Positions 47,429-56,800 of a stretch of DNA of 64,000 nt are shown here, piece by piece. The DNA comes from a virus, in IMG/VR virus record IMGVR_UViG_3300044467_000006, positions 21,150 to 85,149 of that record; one strand, written 5' to 3'. The notes beneath the pieces were generated by a model. The model worked only from the letters and a program-made list of their open reading frames with translations, did no database searches and was not told the DNA's origin. How positions within the stretch are numbered: the first letter of the stretch is position 1; each line of letters opens with the position of its first letter. The position numbers and the translations under genes are program-made.

Positions 47429-47583
47429 CGCGAGCGAAGAAGATCGAGGAGGCGGCGAGGGCGCACATCGAGAAGATGCGCTTCGTCGATTGTGGCCTGA
47501 CGACGTGCGAAATGACGGCCTGCGCCATCGCCCGCCTCGACCGCGTGACGGGCGCGAAGGTGGTGGAGGGGGACAAGGGATGA
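47425..47583 (+). CDS. Small hypothetical protein (high-GC island)
   Basis: ATGA overlaps at both ends; SD AAGGAG. Confidence 0.5.
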   Translation: MTRAKKIEEAARAHIEKMRFVDCGLTTCEMTACAIARLDRVTGAKVVEGDKG

Positions 47584-48671
47584 TCCCTTCAATTCAAGAC
47601 CTCATTCAAGTTCACAAGGAGAGTATGCCGTGGCTGGAAAAGTCCGTCATTCTGGCGGTCCGATCGGGCTCGCACGCCTACGGGACCAGTCTCCCGACCT
47701 CCGATCTCGACTTCAAGGGCGTTGCTATTCCTCCGAAGCCCTACTTTTACGGCTTCGTCAAGAAGTTTGAACAAGCAGAGCAGCGGCAGCCCTACGACTC
47801 TGTAATCTACGACATTAGAAAGTTCTGCAATCTCGCCGCAGATTGCAATCCCTCCATCATGGAAGTTCTCTTTGTGGACGAGAGCGACGTTGTTTCTCAA
47901 ATGCAAGGAGGAATGATCCTTCGAGACTGCGCCCACGCATTCCTAAGCAAAAAAGCCAAGCACACCTTCAGTGGATACGCCATGAGTCAACTCAAGCGCA
48001 TCCAGAGGCATTATGCTTGGCTCACTAATCCTCCCAAGCACGAGCCCAGTCGCAAGGAGTTCGGGCTCATCAACCGCACCACCATCCCGGCTGACCAGCG
48101 GGCTGCCGCCATGGCCATCATCAAGTCCAAGATGGACTCGTGGAACCCCGACCTCTCGGAAATGGATCCGGCTGCGCGTATTGCTACAATGGAGTGGTTT
48201 GAGAAGACCTTGCTGGATGTTGCGCAAGGCGATCCGTTCATGTCGGCCGCGCGGGGCGTTGGCCTCTCGGATGAAGTCATCTACATCATTCAGCAGGAGC
48301 GCAGCTACAACAACGCCCAGAACGAATGGAAGCAGTACCAGACTTGGAAGGCATCCCGCAATCCTGCTCGCGCAGAGCTTGAGGCGAAGTGGGGCTACGA
48401 CACCAAGCACGGAATGCACCTTGTTAGGTTGCTCCGTATGGGCTACGAGATTCTGACTGAGGGAAAGGTTTTTGTTAAGCGGCCTGACGCCAAGGAGCTA
48501 CTTTCCATTCGTCACGGAGCGTGGACCTACGCTCAAATGGTTGAATATGCTGAGCAAATGGACGCTAAGATGGCGGTTGCGGAGCAAGCTAGTTCTCTGC
48601 CTAGGGCTCCCGACAGAGATTTTCTGGACGCTCTCTGCATGAAGGTTATCGAACGGACAACCAATGGATGA
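47580..48671 (+). CDS. Pol-beta superfamily nucleotidyltransferase (RlaP/YcgL-like)
   Basis: RSGSHAYGTSLPTSDLDFKG; CNPSIME; YDTKHGMHLVRLL. Confidence 0.85.
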   Translation: MIPSIQDLIQVHKESMPWLEKSVILAVRSGSHAYGTSLPTSDLDFKGVAIPPKPYFYGFVKKFEQAEQRQPYDSVIYDIRKFCNLAADCNPSIMEVLFVDESDVVSQMQGGMILRDCAHAFLSKKAKHTFSGYAMSQLKRIQRHYAWLTNPPKHEPSRKEFGLINRTTIPADQRAAAMAIIKSKMDSWNPDLSEMDPAARIATMEWFEKTLLDVAQGDPFMSAARGVGLSDEVIYIIQQERSYNNAQNEWKQYQTWKASRNPARAELEAKWGYDTKHGMHLVRLLRMGYEILTEGKVFVKRPDAKELLSIRHGAWTYAQMVEYAEQMDAKMAVAEQASSLPRAPDRDFLDALCMKVIERTTNG

Positions 48672-48777
48672 CCACTCCCGCTAAAGCAGCGGCGGAAATA
48701 AGAACTCCTGCTGCCGCCAGCACGCACGGGCTAAAATCAAAGTGGGCGTGCTGGTGATGGTAAGCTTTCAAGAACAT
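48646..48777 (-). CDS. Putative small late single-TM protein (43 aa)
   Basis: MFLKAYHHQHAHFDFSPCVLAAAGVLISAAALAGVVIHWLSVR; CAATCTT 14 nt upstream; G-rich SD. Confidence 0.35.
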   Translation of the reverse strand: MFLKAYHHQHAHFDFSPCVLAAAGVLISAAALAGVVIHWLSVR

Positions 48778-48802
48778 ACACACCCCCATGTAAGATTGAG
48801 TC

Positions 48803-50737
48803 TTACCCCCTCTGCTCATCAAGAGCTAGGTACCCGCGCTTGACGAACTTGATCTGCCCACCAGTCGTAAACCCGTAACCCGGCAGAAGAGTGACTAGGG
48901 TGCAGCGGCACTGCCCAGTCACAATCCCATTTGCACAGACAGTGTTGGTCATTGGCTCCGTCAAACAATATGTTTGATGTCTTCCAATGGGGGCTATCTC
49001 AATCACCCTTGCGGTTCGCCAAGCTCCATGCAATTTCTTACCAGCGTGCACCTGAAGATAAGAAACGGCCCTAGCTTGCTTGGTAGCTACTCCAAGCCCG
49101 ATTTCTCTCAAAAATTTCTTCACAGCGTCAACGCCGCCAATACAAAGCCGCCAACAGGGTTTACGCTCGGCAATAAAAGAATCTCCATTGTGGTATTCGA
49201 TCTCCTTAGCCCCGCCCTCCCCGTGTTTGAAGATTCTAGCAACGATCCCCATATTGGCCAAGAGCACTTGAATTTCTTGCAAAAACTCGCGATCGTTTTG
49301 CACCAAGACAATGGACGGGCTAATTTCAGAATGGCCGTCTGCTGCATATAACCCACGCAAAAATGAGCTAACGGTAGATTTACTCGCTCCCCAGATTTTA
49401 GAAGGGACCCTCTTGGGCTTCTTATCAAGCCCGTATACCTCTCGAAACCGCCTCCCAAGGTATGCACTGCTAAAGGTCGCTCGTTCAACGCCGTATTTCT
49501 CGTCTGGAGGCTTAACCACCATCTCGGGAAGCATTCGAGAAGAAAGCGATGACGCCTTTCTTTTAAGGAGAAAGCCGTACTCGATATCATTGCCAAAGAA
49601 ATTCCATTGAGCCACATTGCCGCATAGAGATCCGTCTCCGAGCAAATTTCCCATTAGCTCCGCTTCATCCTCGAAAGAGTCGGCTCCAAAAGCTCCCTCA
49701 CCAGAAAGTAACGGAATTTTATCACCAATCTTCAAAGCATCGGCGCGTACTTTGGCTCCTCCAACTCCATTATCTACCCAGAATTCGTGCCCCACCGATA
49801 CCTCTAGTGTATGGCCTGAATCTAATGACACCCGAAGGCACTCTTGTATTCCTGTGTCGTATACGGGAGTAGCATCAAACATTTCTGTGCCGCTAGAGTG
49901 GCGATGGTACCAAACATCTCCGGGAATTCTATTTCCAAATTGATTGTTGCCTACTCGCCTGTTTTTGATTCGGTTGTCTACGGGAACTTTAACGGCGCCC
50001 CCCTGCTTATACAAATCTTCAACTGTCAAGAGTCCACGATCTGTAAAGAGGCGAGTAGTACCCACAAAACAATGAGGGTGAAGCCCCCCAATACTTGGAG
50101 AGTCGCTGCCCTTCCTGTGGTATCCGTGCGCAATTTCGCTAAGCTTCCAAAGCCTAGGAGTTACTCCATCATCCATGAGGTGGAGCCGCTTGCACTCATC
50201 GCAAAGGTATTCATCTCGGACCACGACGAAGTAGACGACAGGATCTTCAACCCCAGCGTTGAGGTTGACCCCGATGACGCCATCTAGCACCGACACGTTC
50301 TTTGCGTGAGCTATCTCGGTGTCTACAATGGTGTGGATGTTGTTGGTCACGTCAGACCAAACGGTCGCCAGTTTGGCGTTCACCAAGTCCCTAAAGTCCG
50401 ACCCCGACATGCCGCCAGTGTGCTTGGCTTGTGCAATGGCTCCGTTGATTTCGTGGATAACTCGGGCCTTAGTACGCTCGCGGGACGCTTCAATGTAAGC
50501 AGAAGCCACACGAATCAGAGAGTCAAGGATTTCTAGGTCTGGCTTGACAGTCTCTTCGATGGAACCGGCTTCAAAGATGCCCGGCAGAGACAGCGTGCGA
50601 TCAAAGGTGATGTAGATTTTCTTACCCTGAATAGACTGCGGCCCCAGCAAGCGAACACTCGCGTTGTTAAACATGGTATCGATTGCGTCGGCCACAGCTT
50701 GCGCTGCGCCTCTACCGAGTCGCGTCAGATTAGGCAT
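48803..50737 (-). CDS. MuF-like head morphogenesis protein containing an intein
   Basis: After intein removal, CDEC...GLHPH/CRCTL gives the MuF HPxCRC motif; adjacent to the portal. Confidence 0.8.
   Translation of the reverse strand: MPNLTRLGRGAAQAVADAIDTMFNNASVRLLGPQSIQGKKIYITFDRTLSLPGIFEAGSIEETVKPDLEILDSLIRVASAYIEASRERTKARVIHEINGAIAQAKHTGGMSGSDFRDLVNAKLATVWSDVTNNIHTIVDTEIAHAKNVSVLDGVIGVNLNAGVEDPVVYFVVVRDEYLCDECKRLHLMDDGVTPRLWKLSEIAHGYHRKGSDSPSIGGLHPHCFVGTTRLFTDRGLLTVEDLYKQGGAVKVPVDNRIKNRRVGNNQFGNRIPGDVWYHRHSSGTEMFDATPVYDTGIQECLRVSLDSGHTLEVSVGHEFWVDNGVGGAKVRADALKIGDKIPLLSGEGAFGADSFEDEAELMGNLLGDGSLCGNVAQWNFFGNDIEYGFLLKRKASSLSSRMLPEMVVKPPDEKYGVERATFSSAYLGRRFREVYGLDKKPKRVPSKIWGASKSTVSSFLRGLYAADGHSEISPSIVLVQNDREFLQEIQVLLANMGIVARIFKHGEGGAKEIEYHNGDSFIAERKPCWRLCIGGVDAVKKFLREIGLGVATKQARAVSYLQVHAGKKLHGAWRTARVIEIAPIGRHQTYCLTEPMTNTVCANGIVTGQCRCTLVTLLPGYGFTTGGQIKFVKRGYLALDEQRG
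48911..50071 (-). mobile_element. LAGLIDADG intein (387 aa) with atypical C-terminal Gly-Gln
   Basis: Begins CFVGTTRLFTDRG; LMGNLLGDG and FLRGLYAADG blocks; ends NGIVTGQ followed by +1 Cys. Confidence 0.85.
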
Positions 50738-50738
50738 A

Positions 50739-52802
50739 TTAAGCCTTCTTCTTGGGTGAGTGTTGCTCTGCTATATCAAGGATTGCGGAAATGGTCTTCT
50801 TTGCGTCCTGTTCCCATCCATCCATGATGTGGGAGACGGTCTTCTTCTGCTGTGCGAGGAGTCTGCGCTTGGAGGGAGGTAGCTGGGCTTCGGACTTACC
50901 GAGGGTACCGAGCAACTGGTCTACACTCCTCGTTAGGTCGCCACCACCCTCTTGGTCAGGAGGAGCTTCGCCTTCCTTGGGGGTAGCTTCCTGCCCGCCC
51001 CCGCCTTCTCCTCCCCCTTCGGGCTGCGGGCCTTCGCCTCCACCCTCTGGAGGCGGACCGCCCTGCTGAGCTTGTTGCTGTTGGGCTTGGGCCTGCATTT
51101 GCATTTGCTGTTGTTGCATTTGCATTTGTTGCATCTGGAACCAGAAAGGGTCTCGCATGTAAGCCATGGCCGGATTCTGAGTAGCTCCCTTAACTCCAAA
51201 GAACTTCTCTTGGATCTGGCCAACGGTTAGATACTTGTCAAGAATGGCTTGGAACTGTGGGTTAAGCGGGAACTCGCCACCAAACTCCTTGCCGATAGGA
51301 TCCTTTTCGACTTTCGCCAGAACCTCGTCGTAGTTCATGTGCAAAGGAGCGTCCGTAGAAATGCGGACCGCTTCCTTCTCAGCGGAATCGGCGTCTAGGC
51401 CAACGAGCTTAATGACGCAAAGCTTGGCTAGCTCCTCGTCCATGACGGGGAATACAGCGGTGTTAAGGAAGTCTTCAAACTGGGCAAGTAGAGGGCGAAT
51501 GCCAGTATCTCTGTGGGCCTCTAGCTGATATTCCTTGTTGGACTCGGCAAGCGACTGGTTGTTGGTGCCTCGTGAAAGGTGAGCATAACCCGGGAGTTCT
51601 TCAGGAGACATCTGGAACGCCGACAAGATGACTCGGGCGTTCATGTCGCTTAGATACTGGAATTCCATATCTCGCGACGTGGTTTCGATCTGCTGGAACT
51701 GGACGTTGTCTTTGGAGCCAACGCTAAACACAGGCATGCGCCACGAGTTGTTGACGTTGTTGATGTTCGCTTGAAACTGCTGGCGAATTTTGTTAACCTG
51801 TGGCTCGGTCAGATCCTCGGATTGAATGACCAACATTCCCTTAGCCGCTCGACCGCTCTGGAAGAAGAGCTTGTTGTGGGTGGTAATGTTGATGTGGGTG
51901 GTGACTGCTGCGATGACCGTATCCAGCGGAGTAAGAGGGTAGCCTTGAAGCTCAACGTCGGTAACAGGGAAGACGTTGTGGACGTAAAGCTCCTCGCCCG
52001 TAAACACCTGAACGGGCTTGCCATCGATAACCTGCACCCACGGATATTCCTCTTCCTCAAGCTGTTTTTCTTCCAGCTTGCGGTTCAGCATCTGTTCCAT
52101 GAGGCGCTTGGCTTGAATGCGGACGGCCTCGGCAGAAGTCTTGTAAGGAGCAGCGCGGTAGATGGTACCCGCGTCAACAGGACGGAAGGAATGGAACTCC
52201 TCTTCGCCACTGTCGTTGAAACCGTAGAGGAATTCCGTCGCAAACCTACCAACGACAAGAGCGTTGCGCACTTGCATAGATAGGAATCGAGAAAGGGTCA
52301 TCCGTTCTTCGACGGCATAGCCCTTAGATGTACCACAAACCAGAAGCCGTTGCTCAAACTTGTTAGCTCTCTTGCCTAACTCTTCCTTTTCTTTCTCGTC
52401 TGCTCGCTCGATAATTTCGGGTTTGATGTCAACCTTGAAACCCAGAGAAAAACGATCTGGCTGTGGACGGCCGAACGCGCTAATGTGGTTAGAGCGGGCA
52501 CCAATGATGGAAGCAACGAGGTCGTCCTGAATTGAAACGCGCTTGAGAAGAAAGTCAGGAATGAGGCGAACCTTCTGACGGAAGATTGCCGCATACTCGT
52601 TGTTCATCGTCGGATCGCGCTCGAACGCTAAGCGCTGAATCCGGTCTTCTCCTTCTCCAAGGGCAGCCATCATGCTCTTAACCAACGAGGTTGCCCCGGG
52701 CTGATCGTCTTGCTCTTGCTTAAGAAGCTCAGAGACAGGCGTACTGTTGGGGTCAGCCAAGAAGAGTTTAATTTCCTTGGTGACTGCGGATTTCTTAGCC
52801 AT
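50739..52802 (-). CDS. Portal protein
   Basis: SPO1/Herelleviridae-like: FRPVDAGTIY, GYPLTPL, NKLFFQSGRAAKGML; long Gln/Gly-rich C-terminal tail. Confidence 0.85.
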   Translation of the reverse strand: MAKKSAVTKEIKLFLADPNSTPVSELLKQEQDDQPGATSLVKSMMAALGEGEDRIQRLAFERDPTMNNEYAAIFRQKVRLIPDFLLKRVSIQDDLVASIIGARSNHISAFGRPQPDRFSLGFKVDIKPEIIERADEKEKEELGKRANKFEQRLLVCGTSKGYAVEERMTLSRFLSMQVRNALVVGRFATEFLYGFNDSGEEEFHSFRPVDAGTIYRAAPYKTSAEAVRIQAKRLMEQMLNRKLEEKQLEEEEYPWVQVIDGKPVQVFTGEELYVHNVFPVTDVELQGYPLTPLDTVIAAVTTHINITTHNKLFFQSGRAAKGMLVIQSEDLTEPQVNKIRQQFQANINNVNNSWRMPVFSVGSKDNVQFQQIETTSRDMEFQYLSDMNARVILSAFQMSPEELPGYAHLSRGTNNQSLAESNKEYQLEAHRDTGIRPLLAQFEDFLNTAVFPVMDEELAKLCVIKLVGLDADSAEKEAVRISTDAPLHMNYDEVLAKVEKDPIGKEFGGEFPLNPQFQAILDKYLTVGQIQEKFFGVKGATQNPAMAYMRDPFWFQMQQMQMQQQQMQMQAQAQQQQAQQGGPPPEGGGEGPQPEGGGEGGGGQEATPKEGEAPPDQEGGGDLTRSVDQLLGTLGKSEAQLPPSKRRLLAQQKKTVSHIMDGWEQDAKKTISAILDIAEQHSPKKKA

Positions 52803-52810
52803 GAGATTCC

Positions 52811-53803
52811 TTACTCGGCACTGAAGATGTTAAGAGACATGTCGTACTGGGTTTCGTTCTCAACTTGAAGTTTCCAGACGTACCCAGTCTGTTCCAACCA
52901 CCCCATTCGATCGGGATCGGCTGGCGACCAAGGAGCAACGTTGCGGCGTACGATCTCTCCATTGATACGCACGCGGGCCAGTTGATCTACTTCCACTCGC
53001 AAAAAGCGCTTACAAATATTAAAAGCAAGGATCGTTTCAGAACCGGCGGTAATATCAACCAAGAAGGAAGCCTGATCGGGTAGAGGAACGGTCGAGATGA
53101 TGTCAATCCACTTCGACGTAAACGCAGAAACCTCATGTACTCCTTTAGCCGCATTAGAGAACGGGGCGCCTAGCCATACTTTACTGCCAAGGTGGAGATT
53201 TTCGGTGTAAGAGATCAGGTTGCCTGCGGAACTACACGTCACGTTTTCGGTCAGCCCTTGGAAACTCTCCCCATCGGGGCGAGCAAGGATGATTACGTTG
53301 CCGGTGCTGTTGCTTAGGACTGTCCAGCGGCCCGCATTGGCAGCAGAAAACGCGGCGTCGATGTCGTCTAGTGCGGAATAGATGTAAACAATGCTTCCTT
53401 CAGCGCAAGCTGCCAAGCTAGCTCCAGCCGTGGTGTCTGTTAAGGTAAGGGTCTGGTTTGCGTTAACGACGGCGGACAAAGCGATGCCCGCAAAAGACAC
53501 GGCATTGTCGTAAGCAAACTGGGGGTCCGTTCCTGCTGTGTGCTGAATTCGATAAGTGCTTCCCTCTAAGAAACGGATAGAGAGTTCGGTGTCTGCCTGA
53601 GAGCCAAGGGCCACGGTTCCATCAAACGCAGTGATGTTGGTTCCAGCAGCGACAACATACTGTTCAGCCTTCGGAGAAAAAACCTCCACACCGTTAAGAT
53701 TTCTAGTCCAATCGAAAAACTTAAGTCTTGGGTTGTTGGTAAGGGTAGGATCCCCATGTGCAACAATGGAGGTATTGATGTTGAGAATGGCGGGTCTGGT
53801 CAT
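52811..53803 (-). CDS. Hypothetical structural protein
   Basis: 330 aa, beta-rich, between terminase and portal; CAATCTT upstream. Confidence 0.55.
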   Translation of the reverse strand: MTRPAILNINTSIVAHGDPTLTNNPRLKFFDWTRNLNGVEVFSPKAEQYVVAAGTNITAFDGTVALGSQADTELSIRFLEGSTYRIQHTAGTDPQFAYDNAVSFAGIALSAVVNANQTLTLTDTTAGASLAACAEGSIVYIYSALDDIDAAFSAANAGRWTVLSNSTGNVIILARPDGESFQGLTENVTCSSAGNLISYTENLHLGSKVWLGAPFSNAAKGVHEVSAFTSKWIDIISTVPLPDQASFLVDITAGSETILAFNICKRFLRVEVDQLARVRINGEIVRRNVAPWSPADPDRMGWLEQTGYVWKLQVENETQYDMSLNIFSAE

Positions 53804-53833
53804 GGGTATTCCTCTCGCTCAAAGATTGCCTCT

Positions 53834-56800
53834 CTAGAAGGACCAAGAGAAGCCGCCAGCCCTTCCGGCCTTATCAGAAGGATCCCCCTCCTCTTCCTCG
53901 TAGACAATACCTGTGCGCTCAGAAATGATCTGGCGAAGCCACGTTTCGGGCATGTACTGCTTTTGACCATTAAAGGCTCCCGGAGATGGCTGGGTGGCAA
54001 TTAGATTAGCTTCCCCAATCGTCACCTTGGTCTTGGGAGAGAAGGTGTTGAGCACGATGTACCTGAAGGCGTCAACTTCGTCGTCGTCCTCGTCGTCAGG
54101 AATGTTGGTTAGACGGCCTGCGGCATCAGAAGTCCAGTGATAGTTGGTGACTCGGGTAGCCAGAAGCTCGCAGCCTTCATCGGCCTTTAGGAAAAAGATT
54201 CTAGCCTCATCTGGGCGACCCATGGAGGGCATCAAAAGCCAGCGGATCAGAGAGATGCCGTCAACTACGGACCCCTTCCCCTTATTCCACTCCTTGATGC
54301 GTAAGTTGGCTTCTTTCTTAAGGGTTTTGTTGTCCCCGGGGTTCTCGGTATCTGCCCAAACCTCTGGATCGATGGGCTTGACCCTCTCCTTGCACAGTTC
54401 AATCTTCTGGGGAAGCTCTAGTTCTGCCTGTGAAATCACGTCTAGAATGAACAGACGATGTCCAAGGATAGCCCCGACAACCACTACGAAGTTGTGGGTA
54501 AACCCGTGGTCGATACCAGCTACGAATCTGGCTCCCCGCTCCTTGAACATCTCAATGGCGGCGGCTTTGTCCAAGGCGACCTTTGGCTTCTCGCCAAAGA
54601 CAAGTTCGTACATCTGGTCGGGATCCTTCATGTGAACTTCCCGGTCGAAGTTGGGGAAGATCAGCCCTTCGGACGAAGGCTTGCGGCAGAGCAACTGGGC
54701 CTTGGCCTTATCCAAGGACACCTTACGGAAGGTGTTTTGGGTGTGTTCAACGGGCTTGGGGAATCCACGGCACCCAACGCCGTTGTTCCCTTCGCACTTC
54801 GTACACTTCGGAATGTCTGCGAGCCGCCCCTTACAGACGGCAAACAGACGGCAATTGGCGATACATCCAGCGTAACCTTCTGCTACGTTGTACCTTTCCT
54901 TCTCAGTTGTATCTAAGAGTTTATAGTCGTCGTAAGTGATCGCCTTCAGTGTATCGTCTGAGTAGGCAATGGGCACCTTTGGGAGTTCAGGCTGGTGCCT
55001 AGTAGCTGGACAATTGTGAGTAACGTCGATGAGGTTCCAGTGGCGAACAAGGAGGCCAGTGTCGGCTGCGCGATCGAGTTCTTTTTGAACGAGCCCCCAG
55101 CTATACTTGCGAGTAGAGGTGTAGAGGGTGATCGGCATCAGCCCATTGATAGGGGCCGGGATCATCTTGGCCTCTTCGTAGGCGTCTGGGTTCTCGACAA
55201 CATCAACCTCATCTACGACCATTACAGGAACGTGCTCGGAGTTGTGAAGCAAGAATGCTGAATTGGCGATAAAGTTGCGCTTTTGCTCCTCGGTCTTGAG
55301 ATGGAGATCGATGAGATACCTCGGCCCTAAAAATTCCAACTTGGAGATTTTGCCCCCAAAGCGACTTTCAAATTTCTTAAGGGAAACTCTCTGTGTTCGG
55401 CTGAGAGAGCCTCTCGGGTGCTTGGTACAACCACTAAATCCGTGGCGGTTTGTCTTACTTACGGTATCGCCACAAACGATACACTTAGTATCCATCCATG
55501 CCGACGGCACCGGAAATTTGTATTTCAGTCCCGGCGAAATGTAAGGATCTAGCATGGCAGAAAGCCGCCGAGAAGAATCCAAGGTTAGAGAGACGATTGG
55601 GTATTGATTAACCCCGTTGCTTACCTTATCCACGTAAGCATCAAGCTTCCAAGTGTCTTTGAGCCAATCTACGATTAGCTGATTTTCCTCTAGAGTGAAA
55701 GAGCAAGTAGCTAAGGAGAGGTGTTTGTCTTTTCTGGATCCCACCAATTCCGGCGAACCAGAGCCATCGTCCATAAACCAAAAAGCCAGAGCTTCCAAGT
55801 CTACCAACTCCAAAACCTCTGAAGTAATCGCTTTCCGCCCGGTCTTGTATAGAAGGTCGTAGAAGGGGATTAGCTTTAAGGACGTTTTGCTGAAAAGCTT
55901 GATTTGATTGCGGCGATCTGGAACTATGCTATGGGGAATTCCCATTGCACTCAAGACGGTCGCCTTGCGCTTTAGATAATGTTCCTGCTTCTTGCAGTGA
56001 TTGACCGCAAAGCGAGGAGCCTTCCCGTACTTCGCCTTCTTCTTATTTCTTGGCCACGTTAAACTCGAATCACCCAACAAAGTGCCAAGCAGAGCCGACG
56101 AGTTGGAAGAGCACGGCAAATCCAAAACAACAGCATCAGATTCGTCTTCCCGAGGAGAAGCCCCTACCGAAAGGCAAGAATCTCCAAGACGAAGAGCCCG
56201 AGCCCTAACCCATCCAGCCCGAGTAAACACCGCATGGTCTTCAGATAGCACCACACTCCCCCCACCCTCTAAAGACACCCTCATTGCATTCTTAAGAGTG
56301 AAGGCGGCAAAGTCAACTTCCGTTTCCGTATACTCTCCAGTCGCCAAGTCCATGGAGACAAGGCGGTCGCCCGGCGTTACAAGAGCGGCAGCCTTCTTTC
56401 CAGACACGGTATCGATCATCGTTTCTGGATCAATACAGTTGGCACCCTGAATGGTACAGATAATGATCTGAACGTAGTTCTTGATTTCGCGGTACTGGAG
56501 TTGAGCGTCTGCAAGCAGAGCTTCAAACTCGCCTTTAGTTAGATTCTCTCCGCTCTCCTCATTGAAGTAGCGGGTAATCTCGACCGTGCGCTCGTTCTTG
56601 GACGTGATGTAGTCTCGGATGAACGGACGGGAAACGTGCTTCTTGAAATACTGCTGACTCTTCTTGGCCTGCGGTTCGATTGCGGCCATGTGGGCAACAG
56701 AGCGCTCTAGTAAGATGAGGCAGAGGACTTCAAAGATGGCGGCGGAAAAGGTTTTGAAGGAGTCTCGGGCGGCGTATGCCATGACCTGAGAGTAGCCCGG

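Noticed and set aside
47334-47579. N-terminal extension of the nucleotidyltransferase in the ORF track
   Set aside because: Overlaps two better-supported small ORFs; the ATGA-coupled start at 47580 fits better.
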